From positions 2,144,001 to 2,208,000 of the forward strand of contig CAWFSF010000006.1 of assembly GCA_963818475.1 (NCBI GenBank): 64,000 nt of DNA. The letters are read 5' to 3'. The translations under genes were made by a program, and so were the position numbers. Numbering within the stretch: position 1 is the first letter of the stretch; each line of letters opens with the position of its first letter. This stretch comes from Nitrospirota bacterium (lineage in GTDB: Bacteria > Nitrospirota > UBA9217). Below are positions 19,189 through 30,780 of the stretch, one piece after another. The notes below the pieces were generated by a model, which was not told the origin of the DNA, did no database searches, and was given only the letters and a program-made list of their open reading frames with translations.

Positions 19189-20430
19189 TCACAAAAACTC
19201 CTCATAGTAGTCCAGATCCTTATGGAACGTCTCTTCCAGAAAGGCCAGAGCGATGAACGCGGCGATCACGCAGATGGCGCCGACGGCAAGTGCACCGCCT
19301 TCCAGGCCCAGGTACTGGCGGAATAGCTGGAACAGCAGCGTGATGGGCACCACCATGCCGCGCACGAAATTGGGCACGGTCGTGGCGACCGTGGCGCGCA
19401 GGTTCGTGCCGAACTGCTCTGCCGCAACGGTCACGAAGATGGCCCAGTAGCCGCCGGCAAAACCGAGCACGAGGCACACGCCGTAGAAGAATGCAGGACT
19501 CCTGCTCCCTTGCAGAAAGTAAAGGGCGATGGCTGCCATGGTCAGGAGAATGAACAGGAGGACCACCTTTTTCCTGCTCTTCAGCACCTGGCTCAGAAGG
19601 CCGCTCGAAAGATCTCCGAAGACCAGCCCGAGGTAGCAGAACATGACCGCGTTCCCCGCGGAGACGGGCCCGGTCGTGCCGAATGTTTTGGCGAATTCCG
19701 GCGAAAAGGTGATCAGGATAGCGACGACGAACCAGATGGGGACGCCGATCAGGATCGAGTTAAGATAACGGAAAAACCGTTTGCGGTCCGAAAAGAGCGC
19801 AAGCAGGTTGCCCCTGCTGATGCGGGATTTCTTGTTCATGGCGCGGAACATGCCCGACTCGGCCACACTGATACGCGCAATGAGCAGCAGGAGGCCGAGC
19901 ACGCCTCCGATGATGAATGCGTTCCGCCAATCATAGCTTTTCGCGATAATGTTCGCGAGTATGGCGCCGGAAACGCCCACCGAGGCCACGAGCATGGTGC
20001 CGTAACCCCTGACGCTGGTATGCAGGACCTCGGCTACCAGGGTAATGCCCGCCCCCAGCTCTCCTGCCAGGCCGATACCGGCGATGAAGCGCAGGGTTGC
20101 GTAGGCGGGAAGAGAGGAGGCCATGCCGTTCGCGATGTTTGCAATGGAATACAGAAAAATGGATCCGAACATGATCTTGAGCCGTCCCTTGCGGTCGCCC
20201 AGCACGCCCCAGATGATCCCGCCGATCAACATGCCGGCCATCTGCATATTCAGAAGAAATACGCCGTAGTCGGTCACATCCCTGCCGGTCAAACCAAGCG
20301 ACTGGAGGCTCGGCACGCGAACGATGCTGAACAGTACCAGGTCGTAGATGTCCACGAAATAACCGAGGGCCGCGACAATGACGGGCAGGCTGAAGATATG
20401 GCGGAAATGACCACCGGCTTTCTGCTCCAC
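19189..20430 (-). CDS. MFS transporter
   Basis: LGYFVDIYD, motif A GVLGDRKGR, AAEQFGTNLRAT; GGAGG before GTG 20430. Confidence 0.88.
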   Translation of the reverse strand: MEQKAGGHFRHIFSLPVIVAALGYFVDIYDLVLFSIVRVPSLQSLGLTGRDVTDYGVFLLNMQMAGMLIGGIIWGVLGDRKGRLKIMFGSIFLYSIANIANGMASSLPAYATLRFIAGIGLAGELGAGITLVAEVLHTSVRGYGTMLVASVGVSGAILANIIAKSYDWRNAFIIGGVLGLLLLIARISVAESGMFRAMNKKSRISRGNLLALFSDRKRFFRYLNSILIGVPIWFVVAILITFSPEFAKTFGTTGPVSAGNAVMFCYLGLVFGDLSSGLLSQVLKSRKKVVLLFILLTMAAIALYFLQGSRSPAFFYGVCLVLGFAGGYWAIFVTVAAEQFGTNLRATVATTVPNFVRGMVVPITLLFQLFRQYLGLEGGALAVGAICVIAAFIALAFLEETFHKDLDYYEEFL

Positions 20431-20605
20431 AAGATCCTCCAAAGTATTCGGGGTTAAAAAAGAATGCTCAGCCAATGCATGGCTGAGCATTGCTCAGGAC
20501 TGTATCAGAATTTTGTCCATCCTGCAACTGAATGTAAAAATCCGGCAGCTGAGCCAAAAAGCTCTTGAACGGGTTGGAGTTCGCGGCAGGTAAGCAGTCA
20601 CCCTT

Positions 20606-20992
20606 TTACAGAAGATAGGGTTTGATAAGGGTATAAGCTGTCAGGCTGATACTGATGGCAGCGGTCGCCCAGAGTATGATCTTGTTCTTTCGCGGCACCA
20701 CGCAGCCGGCGTGATAGGTCTTGTAGAACGAATATGCCAGCAGGCTGGTGGTGGTCGCAACGAAGTACCAGCGGTAATGCGCCATCCAGCTTCCGATCGC
20801 TACGCTGCCCAGGCCAAGACCGGCCAGGATAATATTGATGTTTCAGACGAGGAAGCCCATGAAGGCGGACGAGACAGCGCCGGTGCCTGCGGCCGTGGTT
20901 TTTCCCAGGCCCCTGGGCTTCATGTCGAGGCGGCACATGGGGCCCTGCGGCTCGGTGGCACTTTTTTGCATCGTGATCTTCATCGGTTCCAT
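20606..20992 (-). CDS. MerT-like metal transport membrane protein with in-frame TGA (probable selenoprotein), 128 aa
   Basis: Frame continues open after TGA 20843-20845: AFMGFLV-U-NINIILAGLGLGSVAIGSWMAHYRWYF..YKTY..KNKIILW to TAA 20606-20608; hairpin GGCC-GGTCTT-GGCC with its loop 21 nt after UGA; SD GGGAG. Confidence 0.72.
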
Positions 20993-21052
20993 GGGCATTC
21001 TCCCTGTCAGTATCAAGTGATCTTTAATAACTGCAACCTGCCATTCCCGCAC

Positions 21053-21081
21053 ATAGTAACCAAATCATCCTTTTCTGTCAA
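21053..21081 (-). promoter_or_regulatory. near-consensus sigma70 promoter of the MerT-like gene
   Basis: TTGACA-N17-TACTAT on the minus strand. Confidence 0.6.
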
Positions 21082-21113
21082 TATGAACCATCGGACGGGT
21101 GCCACCTCCTCGC

Positions 21114-21142
21114 TTGATTTTCCCGAACATTTGCGTTATGCT
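21114..21142 (+). promoter_or_regulatory. putative sigma70 promoter of the oxidase operon
   Basis: TTGATT-N17-TATGCT. Confidence 0.45.
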
Positions 21143-21203
21143 TTCACTACGTTGCCTGAGCAAGCTTCCCACACCTTGCAATAATCATTCGGAGATCGAC
21201 GTC

Positions 21204-21989
21204 ATGCGCGGATCATTTCTGGTACTTCCCCTGCTGCTCTTTCTGGCGCCACCGGCGTTCGGCCACGAGACCACCGCGACCTCCGCAGACATTGCGCTTG
21301 ACGATAAGCTCGGACAATACATTCCCGCAGATGCGAACTTTTACGACGAGAGCGGCACCCAGGTGAACCTCAGGACCATGATCGACAAGCCCACGATCAT
21401 CGCGCCGGTCTATCTGGGCTGCATGCATGAATGCCCCATGCTTCTGACCGGCCTTGCCGGGGTGCTCGGCAAACTCGAAATGATCCAGCCGGGCAGGGAT
21501 TTCAAGGTCATCACGCTCAGCTTCGATGACAAGGACACGCCGGCCATAGCCCTCGACAAAAAAAGAAATTACCTCAAGGCCATCGGCAAGCCCTTCCCTC
21601 CGCAGGACTGGCCGTTTTTGACCGGCGACAGCGAGAGCATTAAAAAGTTCACCGATGCCATCGGCTTCAAATTCCAGCGGGACAGCGAACATGATTTTTC
21701 CCATCCCATCACGCTCGTGGTCATCGCACCCGGCGGCAAGATCGTCCGCTACCTCGAGGGAACCAGCTTCCTCCCTTTTGATGTGACCATGGCCGTGAAC
21801 GAGGCCGCCGAGGGCAAGGTCAGCTCTGCAGGACGGCGGGTGCTCATGTACTGCTTCAGCTACGACCCGCTTAAGAAATCCTATGTGTTCAATATCCTGA
21901 AAGTGGTCGGGACGGCAATGGTCCTCTTTGTCGGATCCTTCTTTGCGTACTTGATGATCACGACAAAGAAGAAACGAGGATCGGCATAA
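21204..21989 (+). CDS. SCO1/SenC copper chaperone
   Basis: Signal peptide; YLGCMHECP (CxxxC); FSHP His; LMYCFSYDP; C-terminal TM. Confidence 0.88.
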   Translation: MRGSFLVLPLLLFLAPPAFGHETTATSADIALDDKLGQYIPADANFYDESGTQVNLRTMIDKPTIIAPVYLGCMHECPMLLTGLAGVLGKLEMIQPGRDFKVITLSFDDKDTPAIALDKKRNYLKAIGKPFPPQDWPFLTGDSESIKKFTDAIGFKFQRDSEHDFSHPITLVVIAPGGKIVRYLEGTSFLPFDVTMAVNEAAEGKVSSAGRRVLMYCFSYDPLKKSYVFNILKVVGTAMVLFVGSFFAYLMITTKKKRGSA

Positions 21990-21990
21990 G

Positions 21991-23576
<1,586 letters not shown>

Positions 23577-23648
23577 GATCGTACAAGAGGAAAACAAGCG
23601 GGAAGGTATTTTCTTCTGAACCAGATCATACGTATTTAGTCGAGTCTT

Positions 23649-23678
23649 TCTCCGTGTCTCCGTGCCTCCGTGGTGAAA
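23649..23678. repeat. solo right arm of the 9-nt CACGGAG element
   Basis: CTCCGTGTCTCCGTGCCTCCGTGGTGAAA, near-identical to 15445-15472. Confidence 0.75.
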
Positions 23679-23689
23679 GTTAAGGTTTT

Positions 23690-24304
23690 ATGCCCGAACA
23701 GCTCGTCCAAAACAAACACTTCGACTACACCGGGTCCAAGCTCGGCATGTGGCTTTTTCTGTTCACGGAGATTCTGTTCTTCGGCGGCCTGTTCCTGCTC
23801 TATGCCGTGTACCGGTCCCTGTATGCCGGGGAGTTCCATAGCGCTGCTCAAGGGCTGAGCACCGCGCTCGGCGCAATCAACACCATTATCCTGCTCACCA
23901 GCAGCCTGACCATGGCCCTGTCCATTGTTGCACTGCGGCAAGGGAAAAAGAATTCCTCAATTGTCTTTCAGACGGTCACGATCCTCTTCGGCCTGGCCTT
24001 TCTCGTGAACAAATACTTCGAGTGGAGCGGCCACATCCATGAAGGGATCTACCCAAATTCTCCGCAGCTGCTCTCCCGGGGCCACGGTGAGATCCTTTTC
24101 TACGGCCTGTACTATGTCATGACCGGGCTGCACGGCATTCACGTTATCATCGGCATGGTCGCGATCGGCGTCATGCTGCGGCTGACGGTCCGCGGCAGCA
24201 TTTCAGGCGGGAGCTTCAACAAGCTGGAGAACGCAGGCCTTTACTGGCATCTCGTGGACATTATCTGGATCTACCTGTTCCCGTTGTTCTATTTGATCAC
24301 GTAG
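23690..24304 (+). CDS. ctaE: cytochrome c oxidase subunit III
   Basis: LGMWLFLFTE, NTIILLTSS, TGLHGIHV, YWHLVDIIW. Confidence 0.92.
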   Translation: MPEQLVQNKHFDYTGSKLGMWLFLFTEILFFGGLFLLYAVYRSLYAGEFHSAAQGLSTALGAINTIILLTSSLTMALSIVALRQGKKNSSIVFQTVTILFGLAFLVNKYFEWSGHIHEGIYPNSPQLLSRGHGEILFYGLYYVMTGLHGIHVIIGMVAIGVMLRLTVRGSISGGSFNKLENAGLYWHLVDIIWIYLFPLFYLIT

Positions 24305-24312
24305 GGGGGATC

Positions 24313-24597
24313 ATGGAAGAACAAAACGCACATTTGGGCATGACAAAAACCTACGTAGCGGTCTGGCTCACCCTGCTCGCGCTTACCGCTGCCACGATCA
24401 CGGCCGCGAGCATGCATCTCGGAAAATTTAGCACGCTTACTTCGCTTTTGATCGCGTCGGCCAAGGCAAGCCTGGTGCTCTGGTTCTTCATGCATCTCAA
24501 GTACGAGCGGAAACTGTTCAAGATCATGTTCCTTGTCCCGGTAGCAACACTTACCGTCACTATCGGACTCACATTTTTCGATATCTGGTACCGGTGA
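24313..24597 (+). CDS. cytochrome c oxidase subunit IV
   Basis: KASLVLWFFMHLKYE; 3 TM helices. Confidence 0.88.
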   Translation: MEEQNAHLGMTKTYVAVWLTLLALTAATITAASMHLGKFSTLTSLLIASAKASLVLWFFMHLKYERKLFKIMFLVPVATLTVTIGLTFFDIWYR

Positions 24598-24601
24598 AAT
24601 T

Positions 24602-25516
24602 ATGGTAAACGGCTGGCAGCATTTATCAGGCTCCGTTGACAGCATCTTTTTCTTCATTATGGGCATTTGCGTCACGCTCCTCGTGGGCGTGACCGGTGTG
24701 ATGCTGTATTTCGTCGTGCGGTACAGCAGGAAACGGAACCCTGATCCCGAGGACATCGCAGGGAGCCTGCCACTCGAGATCATCTGGACCGTTGTCCCCA
24801 CCCTGCTCGTGCTGGTCATCTTCTGGGTGGGTTGGAAAGGGTTCCAGTACATGCGCACTGCCCCGCCGGATGCCATGCTCGTCAAGGTCACGGGAAGGAT
24901 GTGGACGTGGTCCTTTGAATATGAGAACGGAAAGCAGGGCAGCGTGCTGAAGGTGCCGCTGCGCAGGCCGGTGAAGCTTGCCATCACGTCAGCCGATGTG
25001 CTCCACAGCCTTTTTATCCCTGCCTATCGCATCAAGGAGGACGCTGTGCCTGGCATGGAAACGCACCTCTGGTTCCTGCCGGATGAGCTCGGGACCTACG
25101 ACCTTTTCTGCACCGAATACTGCGGCCCCGGCCATTCCGGCATGATCACGAAGGTAGAGGTGCTGTCTCAAAAGGATTTTGAGCAGTGGTACAAAACGGA
25201 AGAAGAATCAGGTGGGTCTAAACCGCATTTGTCCGAGGGCGCAGAGCTTATCCAGGAAAAAGGCTGCATTGCGTGCCACTCCCTGGACGGCAGCGCGAAG
25301 GTCGGCCCCACGTTCAAAGGACTTTTCAGCAGGAAGGAAACCGTGGCTACCGCAGGCAAAGAAAGGACGATCACGGTCGATGAGGGCTATATCATGCGAT
25401 CGATCAAAGACCCCACTGCTGATGTGGTAAAGGGTTTCCCTCCGATCATGCCGGCAATACCGATGACCGATGAAGAGATGCGGGCGATCGTTGACCACCT
25501 CAAAACCCTGAAGTAG
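24602..25516 (+). CDS. ctaC: cytochrome c oxidase subunit II with C-terminal cytochrome c
   Basis: LEIIWT, DVLHS, CuA motif CTEYCGPGHSGM, CIACH heme c site. Confidence 0.93.
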   Translation: MVNGWQHLSGSVDSIFFFIMGICVTLLVGVTGVMLYFVVRYSRKRNPDPEDIAGSLPLEIIWTVVPTLLVLVIFWVGWKGFQYMRTAPPDAMLVKVTGRMWTWSFEYENGKQGSVLKVPLRRPVKLAITSADVLHSLFIPAYRIKEDAVPGMETHLWFLPDELGTYDLFCTEYCGPGHSGMITKVEVLSQKDFEQWYKTEEESGGSKPHLSEGAELIQEKGCIACHSLDGSAKVGPTFKGLFSRKETVATAGKERTITVDEGYIMRSIKDPTADVVKGFPPIMPAIPMTDEEMRAIVDHLKTLK

Positions 25517-25527
25517 AGCACGCGACC

Positions 25528-26403
25528 ATGCCAATGATGCTGAAGATAAAAATCTATGCGGACCTCTGCAGGATCCCCCTGTCCCTGTTCGCTGCAGCCT
25601 CTGCAGCCACCGGCTATGCGCTGGGAGCCCATCCGGACGCTGCAGGAGCTCTCGGACAGCAACCTCGCGGTCGCCCTGCTTGCCTGTGGTTCGTCAGCAC
25701 TGAACCAGTTCCAGGAACAGGGACCTCGATGCACGAATGGCCAGGACCAGGAACGGCCGTTCCGTCCGGAGCACTCACCTCCCGCCATGCGCTGCTGGTA
25801 TCGATCGCGCTGCTGGCCTTAGGACTGGCTGTTCTTGGCGTGACCAGTACAGTGCGAACGGTGATGCTCGGGATCATAGCGATCGGCTGGTACAACGGCG
25901 TCTATACGTTCCTCAAAAAAAGGACGGCGCTTGCGTTCCTTCCCGGCGCGATCGTCGGCATGATCCCGCCTGCCATCGGATGGACGGCTGCGGGCGGGTC
26001 GCTTCTTGATCCACGGCTTGCGGTCATCAGCCTTCTCTTCTTCCTGTGGCAAATGCCCCATGTCTGGCTGCTGCTGCTCCAGTACGGTGGGGAGTATGAG
26101 CAGGCCGGCCTCCCCTCCCTTGCGCGATGGCTGAACAGGGACCAGATCGCCCGCCTTGCATTCACCTGGATAGCGGCGATGGCCGCAGCGAGCCTGGCGA
26201 TACCGTTTGCCACCAGAGCGAATGCGCTGACCACGTATGCGGCGCTCATCCCTGCCGCAGCCTGGCTTGCGTTCTCAGGATATAAACTGCTGGGCGTCGA
26301 TCCGGGACTCCCTGCAGCGGCTGTTTTCAGGCGGATCAATGTCCACATTTTGGTGGTCATGTGCACGCTCTGCCTTGGCCGCTTCATCCCTCTTCTCTTG
26401 TAA
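25528..26403 (+). CDS. ctaB: protoheme IX farnesyltransferase (heme O synthase); compensating indels at about 25640-25750
   Basis: UbiA-type ACGSSALNQFQE in an alternate frame; YTFLKKRT, PPAIGW, FLWQMPH, EYEQAGLP. Confidence 0.85.
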   Translation: MPMMLKIKIYADLCRIPLSLFAAASAATGYALGAHPDAAGALGQQPRGRPACLWFVSTEPVPGTGTSMHEWPGPGTAVPSGALTSRHALLVSIALLALGLAVLGVTSTVRTVMLGIIAIGWYNGVYTFLKKRTALAFLPGAIVGMIPPAIGWTAAGGSLLDPRLAVISLLFFLWQMPHVWLLLLQYGGEYEQAGLPSLARWLNRDQIARLAFTWIAAMAAASLAIPFATRANALTTYAALIPAAAWLAFSGYKLLGVDPGLPAAAVFRRINVHILVVMCTLCLGRFIPLLL

Positions 26404-26408
26404 ATCCG

Positions 26409-26828
26409 ATGACCCATGAACAGGCAGAACGATTAAAAAAGCTGCTGATTGAGAATTCCCCGCTCATCGAGGAATATACAGCCGCTGTCTGCCCGGACTG
26501 CGTTGATGTGTGCTGCCGGCAAAAGCACGGTTCGCATAGCTCACGCGACCTCGCCTATCTGCACGCGCTGGGTTCGACTGCTCCGCCGCTGGAGGCCGGC
26601 CGTGACCCCGACGGGCCATGCCAGTTCATGGGACGGGCCGGTTGCACCCTGCCGCGCTGGACCAGGGCGTTCAAGTGCACCTGGTTCTTTTGCGAACCGC
26701 TCCTCGCGGCGCTGGACGAAGGGGATCCGCGGAAAGCGCGTCGGCTCTCGGATGCACTCCAGGAGATGGTGGATATTTATAATGGGTTGGAAGTTAAAGC
26801 GGTTGGTGAGATAAAAGTGAAAAAGTAA
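26409..26828 (+). CDS. Cys-rich putative Fe-S/Zn-binding protein (YkgJ/CxxCxxxCC-like)
   Basis: CPDCVDVCC..CQFMGRAGCTL..R..KCTWFFC. Confidence 0.7.
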   Translation: MTHEQAERLKKLLIENSPLIEEYTAAVCPDCVDVCCRQKHGSHSSRDLAYLHALGSTAPPLEAGRDPDGPCQFMGRAGCTLPRWTRAFKCTWFFCEPLLAALDEGDPRKARRLSDALQEMVDIYNGLEVKAVGEIKVKK

Positions 26829-26830
26829 TG

Positions 26831-26996
26831 GGCCGCAGATAAAATCCGATAAACGCGGATAAAAACAAAAACCAGAAGCAACTGTTTTTTCCAGGTCAAC
26901 ATATTGTCCGCAGATTTCACAGATTTCACAGATTAAAATCTGAAATAACCCGGAATTTATTTTTAAAATCTGCGGCCATCTGCGAAATCTGCGGAA
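26831..26996. repeat. palindromic element with 9-10-nt CGCAGAT arms plus an extra left arm
   Basis: CCGCAGATTTCACAGATTTCACAGAT ... ATCTGCGGCCATCTGCGAAATCTGCGG; upstream GGCCGCAGATAAAATCCGATAAACGCGGAT. Confidence 0.82.
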
Positions 26997-27027
26997 AAAA
27001 GCGTTTTGCCTTCTGCAGTTTTTAAGT

Positions 27028-27669
27028 TCAAATGACCAGGAGGTCCCGTTCGCCCTTGAAGTATTGCCGGACAAGCAGAAGCAGCTTGAGATAGTAGTTG
27101 TCGATGCAGGGCACGAAATCGTCGACAGTGATCACGACCGCTGTTCCCGCTCCCGGGCTTACGAGCATGGCCGTGGCGCTCCGGGCGGCTCCTGAAAAAA
27201 GGCTGATGCCGCTCTCCACATCCAGTTCGATCACCGCATCGACCTCTTCAGCCTGCAGCGCCAGATCGCCCGGCCCGCCAGCGCAGGGATAGAGGAACAC
27301 ATCCTGAAACTCCTGCTCAATGATGCCCGGCGTGAAACAGTAGGCAAAGACCCGCCGCCCCACGCTGACCAAGCCTGAAAAGGGCACGACCAGTCCCAGT
27401 TCTTCCTTGATCTCGCGCGGCCCGGCGATCGCCGCATCCTCCCCCGCGGCATAGTGCCCGCCAACGCTCACATCGAACTTTCCCGGGGCGATCATCTTTG
27501 CTGCGGACCGTTTTTGGAACAGAACGCAGTGCTTTCGGTGATGTTCGTACGCAATGAGGCAATGGAACGCACCGTGCCATATACCGCTGCGGTGTGCCTC
27601 GTCACGGGCGATCGTAGCGCCTGTTTTCCTGCCCGCGCAGTCAAGCATATCGAACATTTCCTGTGCCAT
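27028..27669 (-). CDS. NUDIX hydrolase (Idi type 1 / Nudix-3-like)
   Basis: AHRSGIWH, FQKRS..K..PGKFDVSVGGH, REIKEELG; SD AAGGAG. Confidence 0.85.
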   Translation of the reverse strand: MAQEMFDMLDCAGRKTGATIARDEAHRSGIWHGAFHCLIAYEHHRKHCVLFQKRSAAKMIAPGKFDVSVGGHYAAGEDAAIAGPREIKEELGLVVPFSGLVSVGRRVFAYCFTPGIIEQEFQDVFLYPCAGGPGDLALQAEEVDAVIELDVESGISLFSGAARSATAMLVSPGAGTAVVITVDDFVPCIDNYYLKLLLLVRQYFKGERDLLVI

Positions 27670-27697
27670 GTCTTCTCCTTTCCCGGGGAAAAACAAA

Positions 27698-27760
27698 AAC
27701 CGCAAAAAACCGGGAACCACCCCGACGGGGCTGATCTTGGCTTTTTGCGGCTTTGTGGTT
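27698..27760. repeat. degenerate palindromic element (ACCACAAAG/CCGCAAAAA units)
   Basis: CCGCAAAAA ... TTTTTGCGG; right arm rc AACCACAAAGCCGCAAAAAGCCAAG. Confidence 0.5.
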
Positions 27761-27826
27761 ACTGGAATAGCATCGTAAAAACTTTGGGCTACAACACCCA
27801 TTGAGGAAAGACAGCTGACAACGGTG

Positions 27827-28111
27827 TCAGATCTTGCCGTCAACCATTTCCTTCATTTCCTTGCCTGCTTTGAAGAACGGGACCTTCTTCGGAGGAACAG
27901 AAACCGTCTCGCCGGTCTTGGGATTGCGTCCTTCCTTGGCACGCCGGTGCCGGATGCGGAAGCTCCCGAAACCGCGGATCTCCACCTTGTCCTCATGGGA
28001 CAGGGCATCCTTGATGCCGTCAAGCACCGTGTTCACCACGATCTCCACCTGCTTCCTGGTAAGCCCCGGCTTCTTTTCTGATATTTTGTCTACCAGCTCC
28101 GCCTTCGTCAT
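27827..28111 (-). CDS. ihfB: integration host factor beta subunit
   Basis: MTKAEL, VEIRGFGSF, GRNPKTGE, VPFFKAGKE; downstream of rpsA-sppA. Confidence 0.9.
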   Translation of the reverse strand: MTKAELVDKISEKKPGLTRKQVEIVVNTVLDGIKDALSHEDKVEIRGFGSFRIRHRRAKEGRNPKTGETVSVPPKKVPFFKAGKEMKEMVDGKI

Positions 28112-28138
28112 GCAACCCCTCCTCCTGACCGATTCCCG

Positions 28139-29038
28139 CTAGTAACGGTACTGTAGTTTTCCGGAACCGCTTGTGATTCCCTGTGCTACGGTTTCTGCGA
28201 TCCACGAAGCAGTTTCTTCCTTCAGGTAATCAAAAAACGGCATCTTCTTTTCTTTTTTGACCACGTAGGGTTTCCCTTTTATCCCCGCCAGGCCGGCGGC
28301 GGCGCGGATACTGTGCTCGAGATCCCCCAGCTGGTCGACCAGCTTGAGTGCCAGCGCCTGTTGGCCGGTGAAGATCCTGCCGTCCGCGATGGCCCGCACA
28401 TCGGCCTGCGGCAGCTTCCTTCCTTCGGCAACAGCCATGACGAACTGGGTCTGGACATCATCGATCACACCCTGCAGAAGCGCCTTTTCCTTTTCCGTCA
28501 TTTCACGAAACGGTGAACCGACATCCTTGTATTCTCCGGATTTCACGACCATCCCCTTGACCCCGATCTTTTCAAGGAGCTTCTCGACGTTCGCGAACTC
28601 CATCTTGACCCCGATGCTGCCGGTCATAGTCCCGGGATTCGCCACGATCAGGTCGGCCGCGGCTGCAACATAATACCCGCCTGATGCGGCCACCGACCCC
28701 ATGGACACCACAACCTTCTTGCCCTCCTGCCGGGCATGCTTCACCGCATTATAGATCTCCTGGGAAGGAACGACGCCTCCGCCAGGGCTGTCGACGCGGA
28801 TCACGATGGCTTTGATCGACGAATCATCGGCATAATCGTTCAACTCTTCGACAATATGTTCGGAAGAGAGCAATACCCCTTCGAGCTTGACCAGTGCCAC
28901 CTTGTTCTGCCCCACGACCGGCAGTTTGGGGGATGATTTGCTGCCGGTCAGGCTGTAGGCCAGAAACAACAGTACGAAAAAAACCGCGCCGAGCACGGCT
29001 GCCGTAGCAAGTACGACCAGAACGGGATTTTTTTTCAT
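28139..29038 (-). CDS. sppA: signal peptide peptidase SppA (36K type)
   Basis: RVDSPGG, AASGGYY, TGSIGV, KSGEYKD, ADGRIFTG. Confidence 0.93.
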   Translation of the reverse strand: MKKNPVLVVLATAAVLGAVFFVLLFLAYSLTGSKSSPKLPVVGQNKVALVKLEGVLLSSEHIVEELNDYADDSSIKAIVIRVDSPGGGVVPSQEIYNAVKHARQEGKKVVVSMGSVAASGGYYVAAAADLIVANPGTMTGSIGVKMEFANVEKLLEKIGVKGMVVKSGEYKDVGSPFREMTEKEKALLQGVIDDVQTQFVMAVAEGRKLPQADVRAIADGRIFTGQQALALKLVDQLGDLEHSIRAAAGLAGIKGKPYVVKKEKKMPFFDYLKEETASWIAETVAQGITSGSGKLQYRY

Positions 29039-29044
29039 GGTCTC

Positions 29045-30739
29045 CTAGCTCCGTTCCTTGAGTAAAGCCCCCAGCGTCGTGTCGGGCTTTTTCTGCTGGC
29101 TCATATACTCCTGCAGCGATGATCGGTCCTTGCCCTTCACCTGCGCCTTGATCGACAGCGCGATCTTGCGGTCCGACTTGTCGACTTTGATGACACGCGC
29201 CGTCACTTCCTCGCCTTCCTTGATCTCAGGAGCGTCCTTCATAAACTCCGATGCTGGGATCAGACCTTCAAATCCCTGCTCCAGCTCGACGAACACACCG
29301 AAGTCGGCGGTCTTCGTTACCTTCACGGTCTCATCCTGCCCGACCTTGTAACGCCCGGGGATAAAGGTCTCCCAGGGATCGGACGTCAACTGCTTGAGGC
29401 CGAGCGAAATACGTTCCTTCTGCGCATCGATGCTGAGGACCACGGCCTTGGTTGTCTGCCCCTTCTTCAGAACCTCCGACGGATGCTTCACGTGCTTTGT
29501 CCAGGACAGATCGGAGATATGGATAAGCCCGTCAATACCCTCCTCCAGGCCGATAAAGGCCCCGAAGTCGGTGATAGTCTTGACCTTGCCCTCCACCTCG
29601 GCGCCCACGGGGTAGCGTTCGCCGATCGTCTGCCAGGGATTGGGTTCGATCTGCTTCATACCGAGAGAAATGCGTTTCCCGGCGGGGTCGACGTTAAGGA
29701 CCTGCGCCTCGATCATGGCGCCTACAGAGACCAGCTTGGACGGATGCTTCACCTTCTGCGTCCACGACATCTCCGAAACATGCACGAGCCCCTCGACACC
29801 GTGCTCGAGCTCTACAAAGGCGCCGTAATCCGTGAGGCTCACCACCTTGCCGCGCACCCGGGCGCCCAGGGGATAACGCTCTGCGGCCGCAGCCCAGGGG
29901 TCCTGCGACTTCTGCTTAAAGCCGAGCGACACTTTCTGCTTTTCCCGGTCATACTTGAGAACGACCACCTCAAGTCTGTCGCCGACCTTGAACAGTTCCG
30001 AAGGATGCCCCACCCTGCCCCAGGACATGTCCGTGATATGGAGCAGCCCGTCGATGCCGCCGAGGTCGACGAATGCGCCATACTCGGTGACGTTCTTGAT
30101 CACCCCGCTGACGGTCTGACCCTCGGTCAACGCTGCAAGCGTTTCTTCTTTTTTTACGTTCTGCTGCTCTTCCAGGATCGACCGGCGGGATAGTACGATA
30201 TTACCGCGACCCGAGTTCATCTTTACGATCTTCATCTCCAGCGTTTGGCCCAAAAGCTGGCTGAGATTGCGCACCGGTCGTATATCGATCTGCGAACCCG
30301 GAAGGAAAGCGGGCACGCCGTCGAGATCCACGGTCACACCGCCTTTGATCATCGATACCACCTTGCCTTTGACGGGCGCACCGGTCTGGTGCGCGCGATT
30401 CAGCACATCCCAGACCTGCATTTTTTTCGCTTTTTCCCGCGACAGGATCAGGTTGCCGTTCGAATCTTCTGCGGCCTCGAGGAAGACCTCAAGCTCTTCT
30501 CCCGGTTTGAGGGCCTTCAATTCCTCTTCCGTGAACTGCTCTACGGGGATGATGCCGTCGGACTTGTAGCCCAGATCCAGCATGACCACGCCGGACCGGA
30601 TCTGCAGCACCCGGCCCTTGACGATCGATCCCGACTTGAAGCTCTTCAGGGATTGGTCATAGAGTTTTGCGAATTCCTGGCTATCTTCATCAGCCCGCGT
30701 GTTATCGTCACCATCGAAATCTTCTCGTGCTTGATTCAT
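29045..30739 (-). CDS. rpsA: 30S ribosomal protein S1
   Basis: Six S1 repeats (YGAFVDLGGIDGLLHITDMSW etc.). Confidence 0.97.
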   Translation of the reverse strand: MNQAREDFDGDDNTRADEDSQEFAKLYDQSLKSFKSGSIVKGRVLQIRSGVVMLDLGYKSDGIIPVEQFTEEELKALKPGEELEVFLEAAEDSNGNLILSREKAKKMQVWDVLNRAHQTGAPVKGKVVSMIKGGVTVDLDGVPAFLPGSQIDIRPVRNLSQLLGQTLEMKIVKMNSGRGNIVLSRRSILEEQQNVKKEETLAALTEGQTVSGVIKNVTEYGAFVDLGGIDGLLHITDMSWGRVGHPSELFKVGDRLEVVVLKYDREKQKVSLGFKQKSQDPWAAAAERYPLGARVRGKVVSLTDYGAFVELEHGVEGLVHVSEMSWTQKVKHPSKLVSVGAMIEAQVLNVDPAGKRISLGMKQIEPNPWQTIGERYPVGAEVEGKVKTITDFGAFIGLEEGIDGLIHISDLSWTKHVKHPSEVLKKGQTTKAVVLSIDAQKERISLGLKQLTSDPWETFIPGRYKVGQDETVKVTKTADFGVFVELEQGFEGLIPASEFMKDAPEIKEGEEVTARVIKVDKSDRKIALSIKAQVKGKDRSSLQEYMSQQKKPDTTLGALLKERS

Positions 30740-30780
30740 GAACCTGGCATACCTCCTGAAATATGGTATCGATCCCCGGA

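Noticed and set aside
20598-20936. 112-aa ORF in the track
   Set aside because: Wrong frame with a low-complexity Arg/His translation; the coherent membrane protein is in the frame of 20843..21052, read through TGA.
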